Source: a virus (taxonomy: Duplodnaviria; Caudoviricetes). From it: a stretch of DNA of 64,000 nt. Of the stretch, positions 10,501 through 19,468 are shown piece after piece. The notes beneath the pieces were generated by a model. It was not told the origin of the DNA, did no database searches, and worked only from the letters and a program-made list of their open reading frames with translations. Where the stretch lies: IMG/VR virus record IMGVR_UViG_2898571807_000002, positions 36,977 through 100,976 of that record; one strand, 5' to 3'. The position numbers and the translations under genes were made by a program. Positions within the stretch are counted from its first letter, which is position 1. Each line of letters starts with the position of its first letter.

Positions 10501-13125
10501 AGCTGTGAACTGCTTGAACGCGGGGTTGCTCGCCAGGCCCGTCATGAACGCCGCGAAGCGCTGCGCGACCGTGTTCAGCACCTGCAGGAACGCGAACCCG
10601 ATCGGCGCGAACGCTTGAGCGAGCCCGGCAAGGCCGGTGAGAAGGTTGCCGAGCAGGTGCCCGAAACCGAGGATCGCCGGGCCCGCCGCCGCGCCGAGGA
10701 ACTGAGAGAACTGTGTCCAGAACGGCGACTTCGCCGCGGCGGTCGCCTCGGTAAGGAGCTGCCCGACCGCGCCGGCGGCGCCGTGCACGATCGGCGTGAG
10801 CAGCGGCAGGCTCGTGCGGAGCAGCCCGATCCCGCGGATCAACACGGGGATCACGTCGGGCTGCAGCGAACGCGCCCATTCGGTGAACGCGCCGGTCAGG
10901 CCCTTCCACGCGGTTGCGAGTTGCTGTTCGAGGGGCGTGAGTTTGGCCATGGACGCGCCGAGCGCAGCGTTCGCGGACGCTCCCTGCAGCGCAGCCTGCG
11001 CCATCGCACGCCGCGCCGACGCGACCTGGTCCGCAGACTGCTGATCGCTACGAGCGACGTTCTGCCTCGCCCGCTGCAACGCCAGCTCGGAGTTCGCGAC
11101 CTGCTGGTTGGCCTGCGCAAGGCGTTCCCTCGCGGCGCGGACTTGGTCGGAGCCCTCCACTCCGGCCTTGGCGGCGTTGCCCTCGTCCTGCCCCAGCCGC
11201 CGGAGTTGAAGCTGCTGCTCTTTGAGTCGCTGTACCGACTGCCGGTAGTTGATCTCCGCTTGTTTCGCGGCGAGGTCGGCGGCCTTCTGCTGGTCCTCGG
11301 CGCCCTTGACCGCTGACTTCGCAGCGTCCACCGATGCTTGCGCCTGCTGCTTCGCCGCGTCGGTCGATCCCGGGTCGGCGAGCACCTTCGCCTGCGCCGC
11401 CTGCGCCTGCGCGAGCGCCGTCTGCGCGGCGGCGACCTTCCCCGCCGCCGCTTGCGCCGCAGCGGCGGCCTGGTCCCACGTCGCCTTCGACTGCTCGATG
11501 GTGAGCCGCTGCTCCTCCACCGCCAGCTGGGCGTCGATGACCTGGTTCTTCAGGTCTTCGATGGACCGGCGTGCCTGGAGCCGCGCCGACGCGAGCGCAC
11601 GTTGCGCGTCCGCCTCGGCCTGCAGGCTCGCCTGGTACTGCTGTTCGGCCTGCCGGACCTGGTCCAGGGCCTGCTGGTGGGCGTACGCGGCGTTCCGGAT
11701 CGCAGACGCGAGTTGCTGCCGGGCGCTGGCCTCCGCGAACGCCCTCGACGCGGCCTGGCCCGACGCGGCCGATGACTGCTGTGACGCGGTCTTCTCCGCC
11801 TGCAACGCCTTGGACACGTTGCTGATCGCAGGCAGAGCAACGGCCGCGAGACCGCCGAACCCGGCACCCGCCGCGGCGAGGGGCCCGGCAAGCCCGATCA
11901 CGCCCGCGCCAACACCGACCAGCGCCGGCGCGGCCGCGGCACCGAGCCCGATCAGCGCGAGACGCAGCGACGCCAACGACGCCAACGCGGCACCGACGTC
12001 CGCGACGACGTTGATGTTCGCGCGGCGCCCGTCCAGCCGTGACACCTCGGCGTTCGTCGCCGCCAACTGAGCGTTCGCGCGTCCGGTGTCCGCCTCGACC
12101 TGCACGTCAGCGCGTTCGGCTTCGAGGCGGTCGACCTCACCCTGAATGGTCTGGAGTTGCGCCAGCGCCGCAGAGACGTTCGCGCGGACTTCGGCTTCCG
12201 GGGTCTCGCCGTCGATCCGTGCGAGCTCGGTCTGGAGTTCGGCGAGCTGCGCGAGGGCCCGCGCGGTATCGGCCTGGACCTGTACGCTCGGCGACTCGGC
12301 GCCCAGCGCCAACAACTGGGCGTGGAGCGTGCGGATCTTCTCCTCGGCCGACGCGACATCCGCGTGGACCTGCACATCCGACGACTGCGACCTGATGCGC
12401 TGCAGCTCGGTGTTCAGTTGCGCGAGGCGTTCCCGAGCCGCGGCCACGTCGACCTCGACACGGATCTCGGCGCGTTCCCGCTCCAGGCGCTGCACCTGCG
12501 ACTGGACCGCCTGCATCTGCGCGAGCGCACCGGCGATGTCGGCCTGGATCTGGATGTTCGGTGACTCTGCGCGGAGCCGCTCCAGCTCGGTCTGGATCGC
12601 GGCCATCTGCGCCAGGGCCTCGGCGTCGGAGATGTCGACGCCGATCTCCTTGCCGGAGAGTTCCGCGAGCCTGGCGCGGAGCTCGACCATCTTCCGGTCC
12701 GCGTCGGTGGAGTCCGCGCCGAGCTCGATCTCCGGCAGGCTCTGCATCGCGACTTCGAGACGCCGTTTGAACCCGCGGGCGAACCCGCCGGCGACGTCGT
12801 CACCGTCGCGGGGGGCGCGGCGCCGCTGCTGTTGCTGTTGCTCCCGGAACGGGCGAAACACGTCCTCGTCGCCGAGACCACGCCGGATCCCACGGCCGAT
12901 CTCCTGACCGACCTGCTGTCCGAGGCGCTCGACCTGCGCCTGGTCCATCTCGACGCGGATGTTGTTGACGTGCTGGTTGATCGCGCCGGCGAGGCGTTCC
13001 CCGACCTGGTTCCCGATGCGGGTCGCCGCAGGTAGCAGCGTTTCGCGGAGCTGCCGGACGAAGTCGCGGGTCGAGGGGACGACGGGGACAACGACACTAC
13101 CTGCGACGAACTCGGGCACGCCCAC
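7522..13125 (-). CDS. Tape measure protein with C-terminal NlpC/P60 peptidase and lytic transglycosylase-like domains
   Basis: 1867 aa with coiled-coil and amphipathic repeats; GKPYVWGATGPATFDCSGL...HV (NlpC/P60); RESGWRWNARNPGSGAYGIPQAL (SLT-like). Confidence 0.95.
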   Translation of the reverse strand: MGVPEFVAGSVVVPVVPSTRDFVRQLRETLLPAATRIGNQVGERLAGAINQHVNNIRVEMDQAQVERLGQQVGQEIGRGIRRGLGDEDVFRPFREQQQQQRRRAPRDGDDVAGGFARGFKRRLEVAMQSLPEIELGADSTDADRKMVELRARLAELSGKEIGVDISDAEALAQMAAIQTELERLRAESPNIQIQADIAGALAQMQAVQSQVQRLERERAEIRVEVDVAAARERLAQLNTELQRIRSQSSDVQVHADVASAEEKIRTLHAQLLALGAESPSVQVQADTARALAQLAELQTELARIDGETPEAEVRANVSAALAQLQTIQGEVDRLEAERADVQVEADTGRANAQLAATNAEVSRLDGRRANINVVADVGAALASLASLRLALIGLGAAAAPALVGVGAGVIGLAGPLAAAGAGFGGLAAVALPAISNVSKALQAEKTASQQSSAASGQAASRAFAEASARQQLASAIRNAAYAHQQALDQVRQAEQQYQASLQAEADAQRALASARLQARRSIEDLKNQVIDAQLAVEEQRLTIEQSKATWDQAAAAAQAAAGKVAAAQTALAQAQAAQAKVLADPGSTDAAKQQAQASVDAAKSAVKGAEDQQKAADLAAKQAEINYRQSVQRLKEQQLQLRRLGQDEGNAAKAGVEGSDQVRAARERLAQANQQVANSELALQRARQNVARSDQQSADQVASARRAMAQAALQGASANAALGASMAKLTPLEQQLATAWKGLTGAFTEWARSLQPDVIPVLIRGIGLLRTSLPLLTPIVHGAAGAVGQLLTEATAAAKSPFWTQFSQFLGAAAGPAILGFGHLLGNLLTGLAGLAQAFAPIGFAFLQVLNTVAQRFAAFMTGLASNPAFKQFTAQFIALAPLMAQTFLSLGRLLGSVFAALAPALQPALGLINTLASALAGVLRSVGPALQSVLSTLGTSLSAVIVSLAPVVTQLVQALAPLLNQLINGLRPILISLVPVLGQIIAGLAPVISALLSGLQPAIASLVPVVGLLVGALAKIFQAVAPVLPLVGRFIASLVAGLMPALTPIVNVIAQVAQQISGVLIKALTQSAPALQQMILAIAGLLPELVPLVPLWGQWFTAIAPLLPVLIQLAAVILQALVPVLRIAIIIVVKYWTTIFSLLIPVFRLMVTVITWVAQILTPVFQFLGWLIRGIGAAAQFLWNIIKIAFAGIVLAGKILAAVIFVVVVAPLLLAFKLLQAAAMFLWQYVFVPVWHGIVWAATRAWALLQPVFAAIRSALRTVGSWFTWLYRNIVVPVWNGIKTAISFAWGLIRAVFNLIVTYLRVTLGPIFRWLRDSVIRPVWNTVGSIIHSVWTSTIRPTFDALKAAVGKVRDAFHTAVTAIGKIWDGLKAKTRGPVAFVVNTVYQHGIKKAWDTVAGLVKLPKLPDLKFATGGVFPGYTPGRDPHVMPMAAFSGGEGVIRPEATRALGPAWVYGINAAAMRGGVSGAAGFAAGTIGQAFAGGGIIGKIGGILKGAKNLVVHGASSLLANGASFAAKKILDPILNRIPAGTSPWTEAMARLPKKMIDSFLGWLKNTIDPKLLGSGDGAKAVAFAIKQLGKPYVWGATGPATFDCSGLTMRAWQAAGKEIGRTTYDQVKAGRAGSRGSARPGDLHFPDPGHVMMFVKPGSGSGQEMIHAPHTGDVVRYAPFRGGGKIRLIASNAAGRSAQSAAAARAYARSQMGEFGWSGSQYDPLNKLWIRESGWRWNARNPGSGAYGIPQALPASKMRSAGADYLTNAITQVRWGLGYIKGRYGNPAGAWAHSQRTGWYDNGGFLPPGPSLVYNGTGRPEPVLTNAQFAALADGSSRGGDTYNFYPRTLDLTVQDLEVLQRKQEARARVGRPR

Positions 13126-13164
13126 CCTCCTCCGCGATCCAGAAGGGTGGGGCGGCGTAGGCGG

Positions 13165-13629
13165 CTAGTTCAGGCCGTTGATGTGCCGGAACAGCCAGTC
13201 GGCTTGGTCGAGCGTCAGCGGCGCGCGGGGGCGGCCCTTGCTGTTCTTGGCCTTGTCGTCGCCCGGCATCCGCAGCAGTTCCGGTTCGTCCGGCTTCTTC
13301 TGCCCCTTGGGGAGGTTGCGGAGTGTCTGCTCGTACCGCCACAGCCGGTGCTCGTTGACGAGGGTGCCGATGAGCACTTCCAGCGCCGACCAGGGCGCCT
13401 TCGCCAAGTCCCCGGGCTTCGGGAGGGCGGGGGCCGCGTTGCGGATCGCGGTCATCGTCGCCGACTCCGGCGGCAGACGCTCCAGCAGCACCCGCAACCT
13501 GCGGAACGACATTTCGCCTCGCCAGAACGCGTCGATCTGGTCGGCGTCCCGCGGGTACTGGTGGGCGAAGTCGCCCTCTACCGCCTCCGCATGCGCCTCG
13601 ACGACCTGGAGCGTCCACGAGATTTCCCC
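13165..13629 (-). CDS. Tail assembly chaperone, -1 frameshift extension (gpT part of gpGT)
   Basis: The -1 frame after ATG GGG AAA is open: GEISWTLQVVEAHAEAVEGDFAHQYPRD...MSFRRLRVLLERLPPESAT. Confidence 0.8.
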   Translation of the reverse strand, partial: GEISWTLQVVEAHAEAVEGDFAHQYPRDADQIDAFWRGEMSFRRLRVLLERLPPESATMTAIRNAAPALPKPGDLAKAPWSALEVLIGTLVNEHRLWRYEQTLRNLPKGQKKPDEPELLRMPGDDKAKNSKGRPRAPLTLDQADWLFRHINGLN

Positions 13630-14024
13630 ATGTCATCACCCGACGCCTTCGCCGCGGCGAGGGAGAAGTCCTGGAACTCGTCGACGGTGAGGTCCAGGTC
13701 GAGGAATGCGTCGAGGTCGTCTTCGTGGATGACGCACTCGGCCCAGCCGTCGAGGTCGCCGGTGTTGAGGAGCCGCATGTGCGACATCCGCCACTGGCCC
13801 TGCGGAAGGATCCGAACGGCGACACCGGTGTCGCCGACCGGGACGGTCACGTACTCGCCGACCGCTTCGGCCTCCTGCGCCTCTGCGGGCGTCAGCCCCT
13901 CGGCGGGGTAGCCGTTCGCCGGGGACGGGTGACCGGCGCTGATCGCGGCCTGGTGCGGTGCCTGCCCGGTCCCGTCGTGGGACGGGGCGGGCGCGCCGGG
14001 GATCTGGTCGTGGGTGACCGTCAT
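13578..14024 (-). CDS. Tail assembly chaperone (gpG)
   Basis: Between tail tube and tape measure; ends GDDMGKSRGRSRSSRRMRRR, containing a GGGGAAA slippery site. Confidence 0.85.
   Translation of the reverse strand: MTVTHDQIPGAPAPSHDGTGQAPHQAAISAGHPSPANGYPAEGLTPAEAQEAEAVGEYVTVPVGDTGVAVRILPQGQWRMSHMRLLNTGDLDGWAECVIHEDDLDAFLDLDLTVDEFQDFSLAAAKASGDDMGKSRGRSRSSRRMRRR
13623..13629 (-). other. Programmed -1 ribosomal frameshift site GGGGAAA
   Basis: Minus-strand sequence ATGGGGAAATC joins the gpG frame to the downstream open -1 frame. Confidence 0.75.
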
Positions 14025-14611
14025 CAGGAACCACCACCGCCGATCGCGACCGCGGGCTTGAACAGCCGGTACATCGTGATGCCGGCATCGTCGGGGTAGG
14101 TGGAGATCGTGACGCCGTACCCGGACATTTCGTCCTGCTTGAACGTGACGTCGTCGCGGTCGGTGACCTCGCCCTGCGGGATGTAGAACCGCTGCAGGGT
14201 GTTCCCGTCGTACACGTCGAACAGGTAGGCCCTCCGGTCGGGGGCGGGCGACGAGGACTCGGAGAAGGAGTAGACGCCGTTGCTGTCGGCGACGAGGTCG
14301 GCGACGGGCACCCGGTACATGATCGACACGACCGCGGGGCGGAGCGTCTCCCACAGCGTCAGCTGGAAGGTCCGCACGGACTTGGTGATCACGGTGCGGA
14401 ACGGGGTGGTCAGACCCCACGGCGTGAACTCCTGCGAGTCCTCGTCGAACCCGAGCTTCAGACCGTCGTCGGAGATGGCGCCCATCGGGTCCCAGGGGGA
14501 CGTGGGCGCGGTCATCAGGTCGGTGGGCTGCGCCGTACCGGCCGGGCCGACCCAGCCGCCGCCGTTCGCGCCGACCGCGACAAGGTCGGCGCTGCGCTCA
14601 ATGGTGGCCAT
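14024..14611 (-). CDS. Major tail (tube) protein
   Basis: GAISDDG...LWET...RFYIPQGEVTDRDDVTFKQDEMSGYGVTISTYPD; position. Confidence 0.9.
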   Translation of the reverse strand: MATIERSADLVAVGANGGGWVGPAGTAQPTDLMTAPTSPWDPMGAISDDGLKLGFDEDSQEFTPWGLTTPFRTVITKSVRTFQLTLWETLRPAVVSIMYRVPVADLVADSNGVYSFSESSSPAPDRRAYLFDVYDGNTLQRFYIPQGEVTDRDDVTFKQDEMSGYGVTISTYPDDAGITMYRLFKPAVAIGGGGS

Positions 14612-14703
14612 GAAAGGCTCCCCTTCACATGCGAAAACCCCGCCCAGCAGGACGGGGTCGGAGGTTCAGTGCTTGTCGTTGCGGGCCTGACGGCCGCGGC
14701 GGG

Positions 14704-15096
14704 CTATTGGGGGTGGAGGGTGAACTGGTAGGTCGCGGTGTACCGGCGCAGCGCAGGGTTGTCGTGCGGCACCTGATGGGGACCGGTGATCGTGTCGACT
14801 GCGGTGACGACGGCGCCGCCGGTCGCGGTGCGGGCCAGCCCGTCGTGGAGGGCCTGCTGGATCCGCAGCGCCAGCGCGGCGGCGGCGACACCGTCCGCGG
14901 CGTAGGCGTCCACGTCGATCTCGGGGCGGTCGAGTCTGAACCCGTCGTAGCCGCCGCCGATACGGACCACCTGGATCCACGGCAGTTGCGTCTCGAACCC
15001 GGCGGGTGTCTCGGTGGAGACGGTGCCGGGTTGCTCTTCGCCCTCCAGCCAGGACGACAACCACCCGACCAGCAGGGTCTCGGCGTCGACCATCAA
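14704..15096 (-). CDS. Tail terminator
   Basis: LPWIQVVRIGG...DRPEIDVDAYA motif; position. Confidence 0.8.
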   Translation of the reverse strand: MMVDAETLLVGWLSSWLEGEEQPGTVSTETPAGFETQLPWIQVVRIGGGYDGFRLDRPEIDVDAYAADGVAAAALALRIQQALHDGLARTATGGAVVTAVDTITGPHQVPHDNPALRRYTATYQFTLHPQ

Positions 15097-15416
15097 CGGC
15101 CCCGCTCAGCGGCTGCAGCGCGGCCGAGCGGCCGATACCGGGGTGTGCGGCTCGCGCCCCACTCCACGGCCGTCGAGTGATCGGAGGTGTTGATGACCTT
15201 CGCCCAGGCGCGGCGTCCGTCGCCGGGCCCACGGGACTGTCCCGACTTCACCCGAAAGGAGCGGGCGTAGTCGCCGGTGCGGCGCGGCGCGAATCCTTCA
15301 GCTCGCTGTTGGATTCGCTCGGCGCGGACCACCATCGCCGCTTTCATTTCCTTGGACCGCAGCATCTTCCCGATGCCGCCGTACCTGGGCCGGAACTTCG
15401 GACGCTCCACGACCAC
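15093..15416 (-). CDS. HK97 gp10-like neck protein
   Basis: APRRTGDYARS...AVEWG...RPLGRA motif. Confidence 0.75.
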   Translation of the reverse strand: MVVERPKFRPRYGGIGKMLRSKEMKAAMVVRAERIQQRAEGFAPRRTGDYARSFRVKSGQSRGPGDGRRAWAKVINTSDHSTAVEWGASRTPRYRPLGRAAAAERGR

Positions 15417-15428
15417 GCCCCCTCTCGG

Positions 15429-15770
15429 TCAGCCGGTGACGCGCGTCAGGGCGACCTGCACGCCCATCCGCGAACCGGTCAGCGGGGACTCGTGCACGCC
15501 GGGCTCACCGTCGATCTCGTAGATCACGCCTGCGACCTTGATCCGGTCGGTGGCGCGGACGTCGGTGCCGTGCGGCATCACCACGCTCAGCCCGATGGTC
15601 ACCTGGTCACGGGCGTCGGTGTTCTCCTGGGATCCGCGCGCCCACACCGCGCAGCCCTCCACCGGGGTGGGCACGTCGGGGCCGGGGACCTTGTTGCCGT
15701 GCGCGTCGCGGGACGGCGGTCCGGGCCGCAGGATCGTGACCGTCTTCCCCAGCGGGTATGGGGGCGGCAT
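15429..15770 (-). CDS. Head-tail adaptor / stopper
   Basis: DVRATDRIKVAGVIYEIDGEP motif; position. Confidence 0.8.
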   Translation of the reverse strand: MPPPYPLGKTVTILRPGPPSRDAHGNKVPGPDVPTPVEGCAVWARGSQENTDARDQVTIGLSVVMPHGTDVRATDRIKVAGVIYEIDGEPGVHESPLTGSRMGVQVALTRVTG

Positions 15771-15771
15771 G

Positions 15772-16194
15772 TCAGTACCACCCGTCGCCGGGGCCGAGGT
15801 CTTCCCACACTCCGCGCGGGTCGGGTTCGTCGCCCCACGTGACCGGCCACGTCACCGTCGGGTCCGCGTCCGCAGGTGTCGGGTCGACGGTGAATGCTCC
15901 ACCGCGTCCGGCGAGGCGCTGGAGGGTGCGGCGTTCGTCGCGGGTCATGTACAGGCCCGCCTGGGGCCTTTGCACACTGATCGGGCCGACGGTCTCGTAG
16001 GCGATGCCCTGCGGGTTGGCGTAGGCGCGGCCGGCGACCGCCAGCACCACCGCTGACGCCGCGTCCGGTAGCGGCTTGACGATCGACTCGGCCAGCAGCA
16101 CCGCCTGTTCGATCATCAGGTTGGCGCGGGCCTGGTCGATCTCGGACATGTTGAGGTAGACGCGGAGCTGCTCCGCGTCCACGGCTAGGGCCAC
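15772..16194 (-). CDS. Head-tail connector
   Basis: VVLAVAGRAYANPQG...ETVGP...LYMTRDE motif. Confidence 0.8.
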   Translation of the reverse strand: MALAVDAEQLRVYLNMSEIDQARANLMIEQAVLLAESIVKPLPDAASAVVLAVAGRAYANPQGIAYETVGPISVQRPQAGLYMTRDERRTLQRLAGRGGAFTVDPTPADADPTVTWPVTWGDEPDPRGVWEDLGPGDGWY

Positions 16195-16214
16195 GGCGAT
16201 GCACCTCGCTCAGG

Positions 16215-17351
16215 TCAGAGGGCTTCGACCGCCTCGCACCAGGCGGCAAGGTCCGCGGCCGGGTCCAGGGCCTTTGACCGGGCGAGGCACCGGTCGGAGG
16301 CTTCCGCCCACTGGACCGGGTCCTGCAGCGCCGTGACCGCCGACACCCACGCCTGCAGGTCGCCGCGCTCGGCGAAGATGCCCGCTTCGGCCAGCGACTC
16401 CGACAGGCCCGGGGTGCCGTTCGCGACCACCGGGATGCCCGATGCCATCGCCTCGACAGCGACACGGCCCCATGATTCGCTCGCCGAGGGCATCAGCAGG
16501 ATCCGGGTGCGGGCGTACACCTGCTCCCGCATCTGGTCGCCGGGGAGATGGTCGATGACCTCCACGTTCGGGAGTCCGCCGCGGCGCTCGACCTGGGTGC
16601 CGTAGGCGCCCTTCACGCCGAGGAACTCAAGGTCGGGAAGACGCTCGGCGAGCTGCCAGAACACCTCGCCGCCCTTGTCGGCGTTCAGGTTGACCAGGGT
16701 GATCCGATCGCCCGGGGTGGTGGCGTAGTCGCTGGTGAACACCGGCGGGCGCACCACGATGCTGCTGGTGGGGCGGAGACTTTCGGTGTACTCGCAGAAG
16801 TAGCCTTCCGCCTCGGCCTGCATGTGCAGCGAGTTGTACACCGCCAGCGCCGTCGACCCGCGGCCGACGTTCCGGAAGATCGTCGGGTGGGTGTTGTGGC
16901 ACACCGCGACGAACGGCCGTCCGAGCCCGCGGGCGAGCGCACCAGCCGCCGGGACGTTCTCGTGGTGCGCCACGATCACGTCGCTGGCCTTCGCTGCAGC
17001 GGCGAAGTCGAGGCTCGCCGCGAACGGCACCACCTTCACCCCGTCGACGTCGTAAGCCTCGTGGTCGGGCGAGTACCGGGACAGCCACACCGTCACCTCG
17101 TGGCCGCGGGCCACCAGGGCCCGCAGCATCGAGTGCAGCATCCACTCCGAACCGGCGTTGTGCCGCGGCGGGTAAGCGTGGACACGAGCGACGACCCGCA
17201 GTGGCTTCGCCGCGGTGCCGAGCCCCCGGAAATGCGAAACCGCCGGGTCCAGGATCTCGTCCTGACCGGCGGTCGACTTTCCCGAGGGCCTCCCGGGCGG
17301 CTTGGCTCTGGGCTTGCGGGGTCGGCTGGCGCGGCGGGGCGCCTCGGTCAC
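16215..17351 (-). CDS. GT-B (GT4-like) glycosyltransferase inside the head module
   Basis: HAYPPRHNAGSEWM N-terminus; LLMPSASESWGRVAVEAMASGIPVV (E-x7-E signature). Confidence 0.9.
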   Translation of the reverse strand: MTEAPRRASRPRKPRAKPPGRPSGKSTAGQDEILDPAVSHFRGLGTAAKPLRVVARVHAYPPRHNAGSEWMLHSMLRALVARGHEVTVWLSRYSPDHEAYDVDGVKVVPFAASLDFAAAAKASDVIVAHHENVPAAGALARGLGRPFVAVCHNTHPTIFRNVGRGSTALAVYNSLHMQAEAEGYFCEYTESLRPTSSIVVRPPVFTSDYATTPGDRITLVNLNADKGGEVFWQLAERLPDLEFLGVKGAYGTQVERRGGLPNVEVIDHLPGDQMREQVYARTRILLMPSASESWGRVAVEAMASGIPVVANGTPGLSESLAEAGIFAERGDLQAWVSAVTALQDPVQWAEASDRCLARSKALDPAADLAAWCEAVEAL

Positions 17352-18304
17352 GAGGTGACGCCCGCGCTGGTGTACTTCACGAACGCCTGCGCGTCACCCA
17401 TCACGAAGCCGTAGAACGCCTCCGCGAGCAGCAGCACCAGGTTCTCCTGGAAGGCACTGTGCACGCCGCCTTCCTCATCGATGTACGTCGCCTCCGCGGA
17501 GATCCGGATGGTGATGTCCATGCCCACGCCGTACGCGGCCTGCGACCAGTCACCGCCCAGGGCCCGCAGACCCGAGTCCGTGGAGGTGGACTGTCGGCGC
17601 TGCTTGCCGGACACGCCACGCGAGTACGCCAGCGGCTCACCGATGAGGGTGCCGGCGTTCGCCATGTTCGTGCCGGGCGTGGTGGTGTCGACCAGGATCG
17701 GCCGGCCCGTGGTGTCGGTGGCGAGCAGCAGCTTCGGCTTCAGCCGCGGGTCCGCGACGGTGCCGGTGAAGTCCCAGTCGTCGTCGACGACCAGGTCCAT
17801 GCCGTTCACCAGGTCCGCCCACAGACCGCCGTTGGCCTGGGAGGCGGTGCCGAGCTCGATCGCGTTGGTGGTCGCGGTGAGGTGCTCGGCGAACGGGCCC
17901 GCAGCGCCCTTCATCGACTTGCCGTGGATCGCGGCGTGGTCGAACGCCCGCGCGAACGCCGTCGGCAGGTCCCGCTGCAACTGCGTCCACAGGCCACCGG
18001 CGTTGGTCTTCACGACCTCTTCCGACACCGGAATCAGCACGGCGATCTTCTTCGGCGACATCTGCTTGACGTCGATACCGCCCGAGGACAGCGGCTTGCG
18101 GGCACCCGACCCGACCCAGTCTGCGGTCGGGACGTCCAGCGGGATCGGGATGGAGGTGTTCGCGTCGATCGACAGCGGCGCACGCTGCGCCAGCGACATG
18201 ATCGCGCTCTGTTCCACCGACTTTTCGAAGATCGGGCCCGCGAGCGTCCGCGGGAGGAGATTGTCGTTGACATCCGACAGGAGGATCGGGTCGGTGGTGG
18301 CCAC
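17348..18304 (-). CDS. Major capsid protein (HK97 fold)
   Basis: PKKIAVLIPVSEE...AFARAFDHAAIHG...GDWSQ...FQENLVLLLAE. Confidence 0.93.
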   Translation of the reverse strand: MATTDPILLSDVNDNLLPRTLAGPIFEKSVEQSAIMSLAQRAPLSIDANTSIPIPLDVPTADWVGSGARKPLSSGGIDVKQMSPKKIAVLIPVSEEVVKTNAGGLWTQLQRDLPTAFARAFDHAAIHGKSMKGAAGPFAEHLTATTNAIELGTASQANGGLWADLVNGMDLVVDDDWDFTGTVADPRLKPKLLLATDTTGRPILVDTTTPGTNMANAGTLIGEPLAYSRGVSGKQRRQSTSTDSGLRALGGDWSQAAYGVGMDITIRISAEATYIDEEGGVHSAFQENLVLLLAEAFYGFVMGDAQAFVKYTSAGVTS

Positions 18305-18316
18305 CTCAACCCCTTT

Positions 18317-19000
18317 CTAGCGGCGTCCCTTCAGGAGCCGCGAATTCACGAACCCCGCGAATTCGCTCGCGGGGTCCTTAGCTCTCGGTTGGTTGGCGCC
18401 CGACGCCTGCGTCCGGTCCGGTGCGGGTTTGCGCCGCTGCGGGGTGTCCGGCTTCGGCTTCGCCAGGTGCGGCTTGCGGTCGAGGAGGTCCTCCAGGTCC
18501 GCCTTGATCCGGTCGGTAGCGATCTCGCCGTCGTCGCCGATGTAGGCGTCCAGGTCGAGAAGCGCTTCCGGGTCGGTTTTGTCGGCGAACCCGTCCGCGG
18601 CCATCGCACGGACCTCGGACTTCACAGCCCGCTGCCGGATCCGGTGGATCTCCTGCTCGCGCTCGGTCAGCCGCGCCTGCAAACGCTGCGCCTCGGTCTG
18701 GTCGGCCTCGGCCGCCTCGCGGGCACGCTTGGCCAGCGGCTCCAGTTCCTGGTTCTTTCGCTCCAGCTCACGCAGACGCTTCCGCAGGTTCGCGGCCTCG
18801 GAGTTCTTCTTGCGGAGCTCAGCCTTGGCGGCCTTCTCGTCGAACGCGCCGCCCGCCTGGGGCTTGTCGTCCTCGGTGTCGTCGGCGCCGGTGTCGGTGA
18901 CCTCGCTGGTCTCCTGCTCCTGCTCCTCGGTCGCCGTGTCGTCGCCGGTGCTGTCGTCCTGCGCGGTCGTCTGCTCGGTGTCCGCGGTGTCGTCGGGCAT
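18317..19000 (-). CDS. Capsid scaffolding protein (internal start within the longer ORF)
   Basis: Acidic N-terminus, coiled coil, C-terminal KPAPDRTQASG; GGAGGG RBS before ATG 19000. Confidence 0.8.
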   Translation of the reverse strand: MPDDTADTEQTTAQDDSTGDDTATEEQEQETSEVTDTGADDTEDDKPQAGGAFDEKAAKAELRKKNSEAANLRKRLRELERKNQELEPLAKRAREAAEADQTEAQRLQARLTEREQEIHRIRQRAVKSEVRAMAADGFADKTDPEALLDLDAYIGDDGEIATDRIKADLEDLLDRKPHLAKPKPDTPQRRKPAPDRTQASGANQPRAKDPASEFAGFVNSRLLKGRR

Positions 19001-19468
19001 GATCGGGTAACCCTCCAGGGGTTCGGATAGGGACAACTCCCGCTCCAGGCGGGAAGAATCTGGGCGGTACAGCGACCACCAGCGGTCGATCGCGCGGCCC
19101 GTCCAATCGGGCCGGTTGTCGGCGGCGGCGCGGGCCCGCGCCTGCTCAGCCGATGCCGCGATCACAACCGTCTCGGTCGCGCGCAGCGACCGGGCGAGGC
19201 TCCTGCGCTGCTGCGGATCCGGCGCGGAACGGATCACCCACGCCGTCCCCGACTCCATCGCCGAGACCTGCCGCTCCAGCGCGGACCGCAGCACATGCGC
19301 CCGGTCCGCCACCTCGCGGGCGTGGTCGTGATGAGCGGTGGACCCGAGCTCTCGGCAGAGCCGGTCGAAGTCGATGACGGTGTCGCCGTCAGATGCCTGT
19401 TTGGCGACCCAGGTCGACTTTCCGGAAGCGGGCGGGCCGCACACCAACACGACCCGACGCACGATCAC
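18317..19468 (-). CDS. P-loop (AAA_33/kinase-like) domain, in frame with the scaffold
   Basis: Walker A GPPASGKST and IDFDRL; no stop codon before the scaffold start. Confidence 0.7.
   Translation of the reverse strand: MIVRRVVLVCGPPASGKSTWVAKQASDGDTVIDFDRLCRELGSTAHHDHAREVADRAHVLRSALERQVSAMESGTAWVIRSAPDPQQRRSLARSLRATETVVIAASAEQARARAAADNRPDWTGRAIDRWWSLYRPDSSRLERELSLSEPLEGYPIMPDDTADTEQTTAQDDSTGDDTATEEQEQETSEVTDTGADDTEDDKPQAGGAFDEKAAKAELRKKNSEAANLRKRLRELERKNQELEPLAKRAREAAEADQTEAQRLQARLTEREQEIHRIRQRAVKSEVRAMAADGFADKTDPEALLDLDAYIGDDGEIATDRIKADLEDLLDRKPHLAKPKPDTPQRRKPAPDRTQASGANQPRAKDPASEFAGFVNSRLLKGRR

Noticed and set aside
7768-12907. Long plus-strand and alternative-frame ORFs over the tape measure gene (also over portal, terminase, capsid and 59422-61467)
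   Set aside because: Shadow ORFs expected in ~70% GC DNA. They have no recognisable domain, unlike the antisense ORF in the intein.
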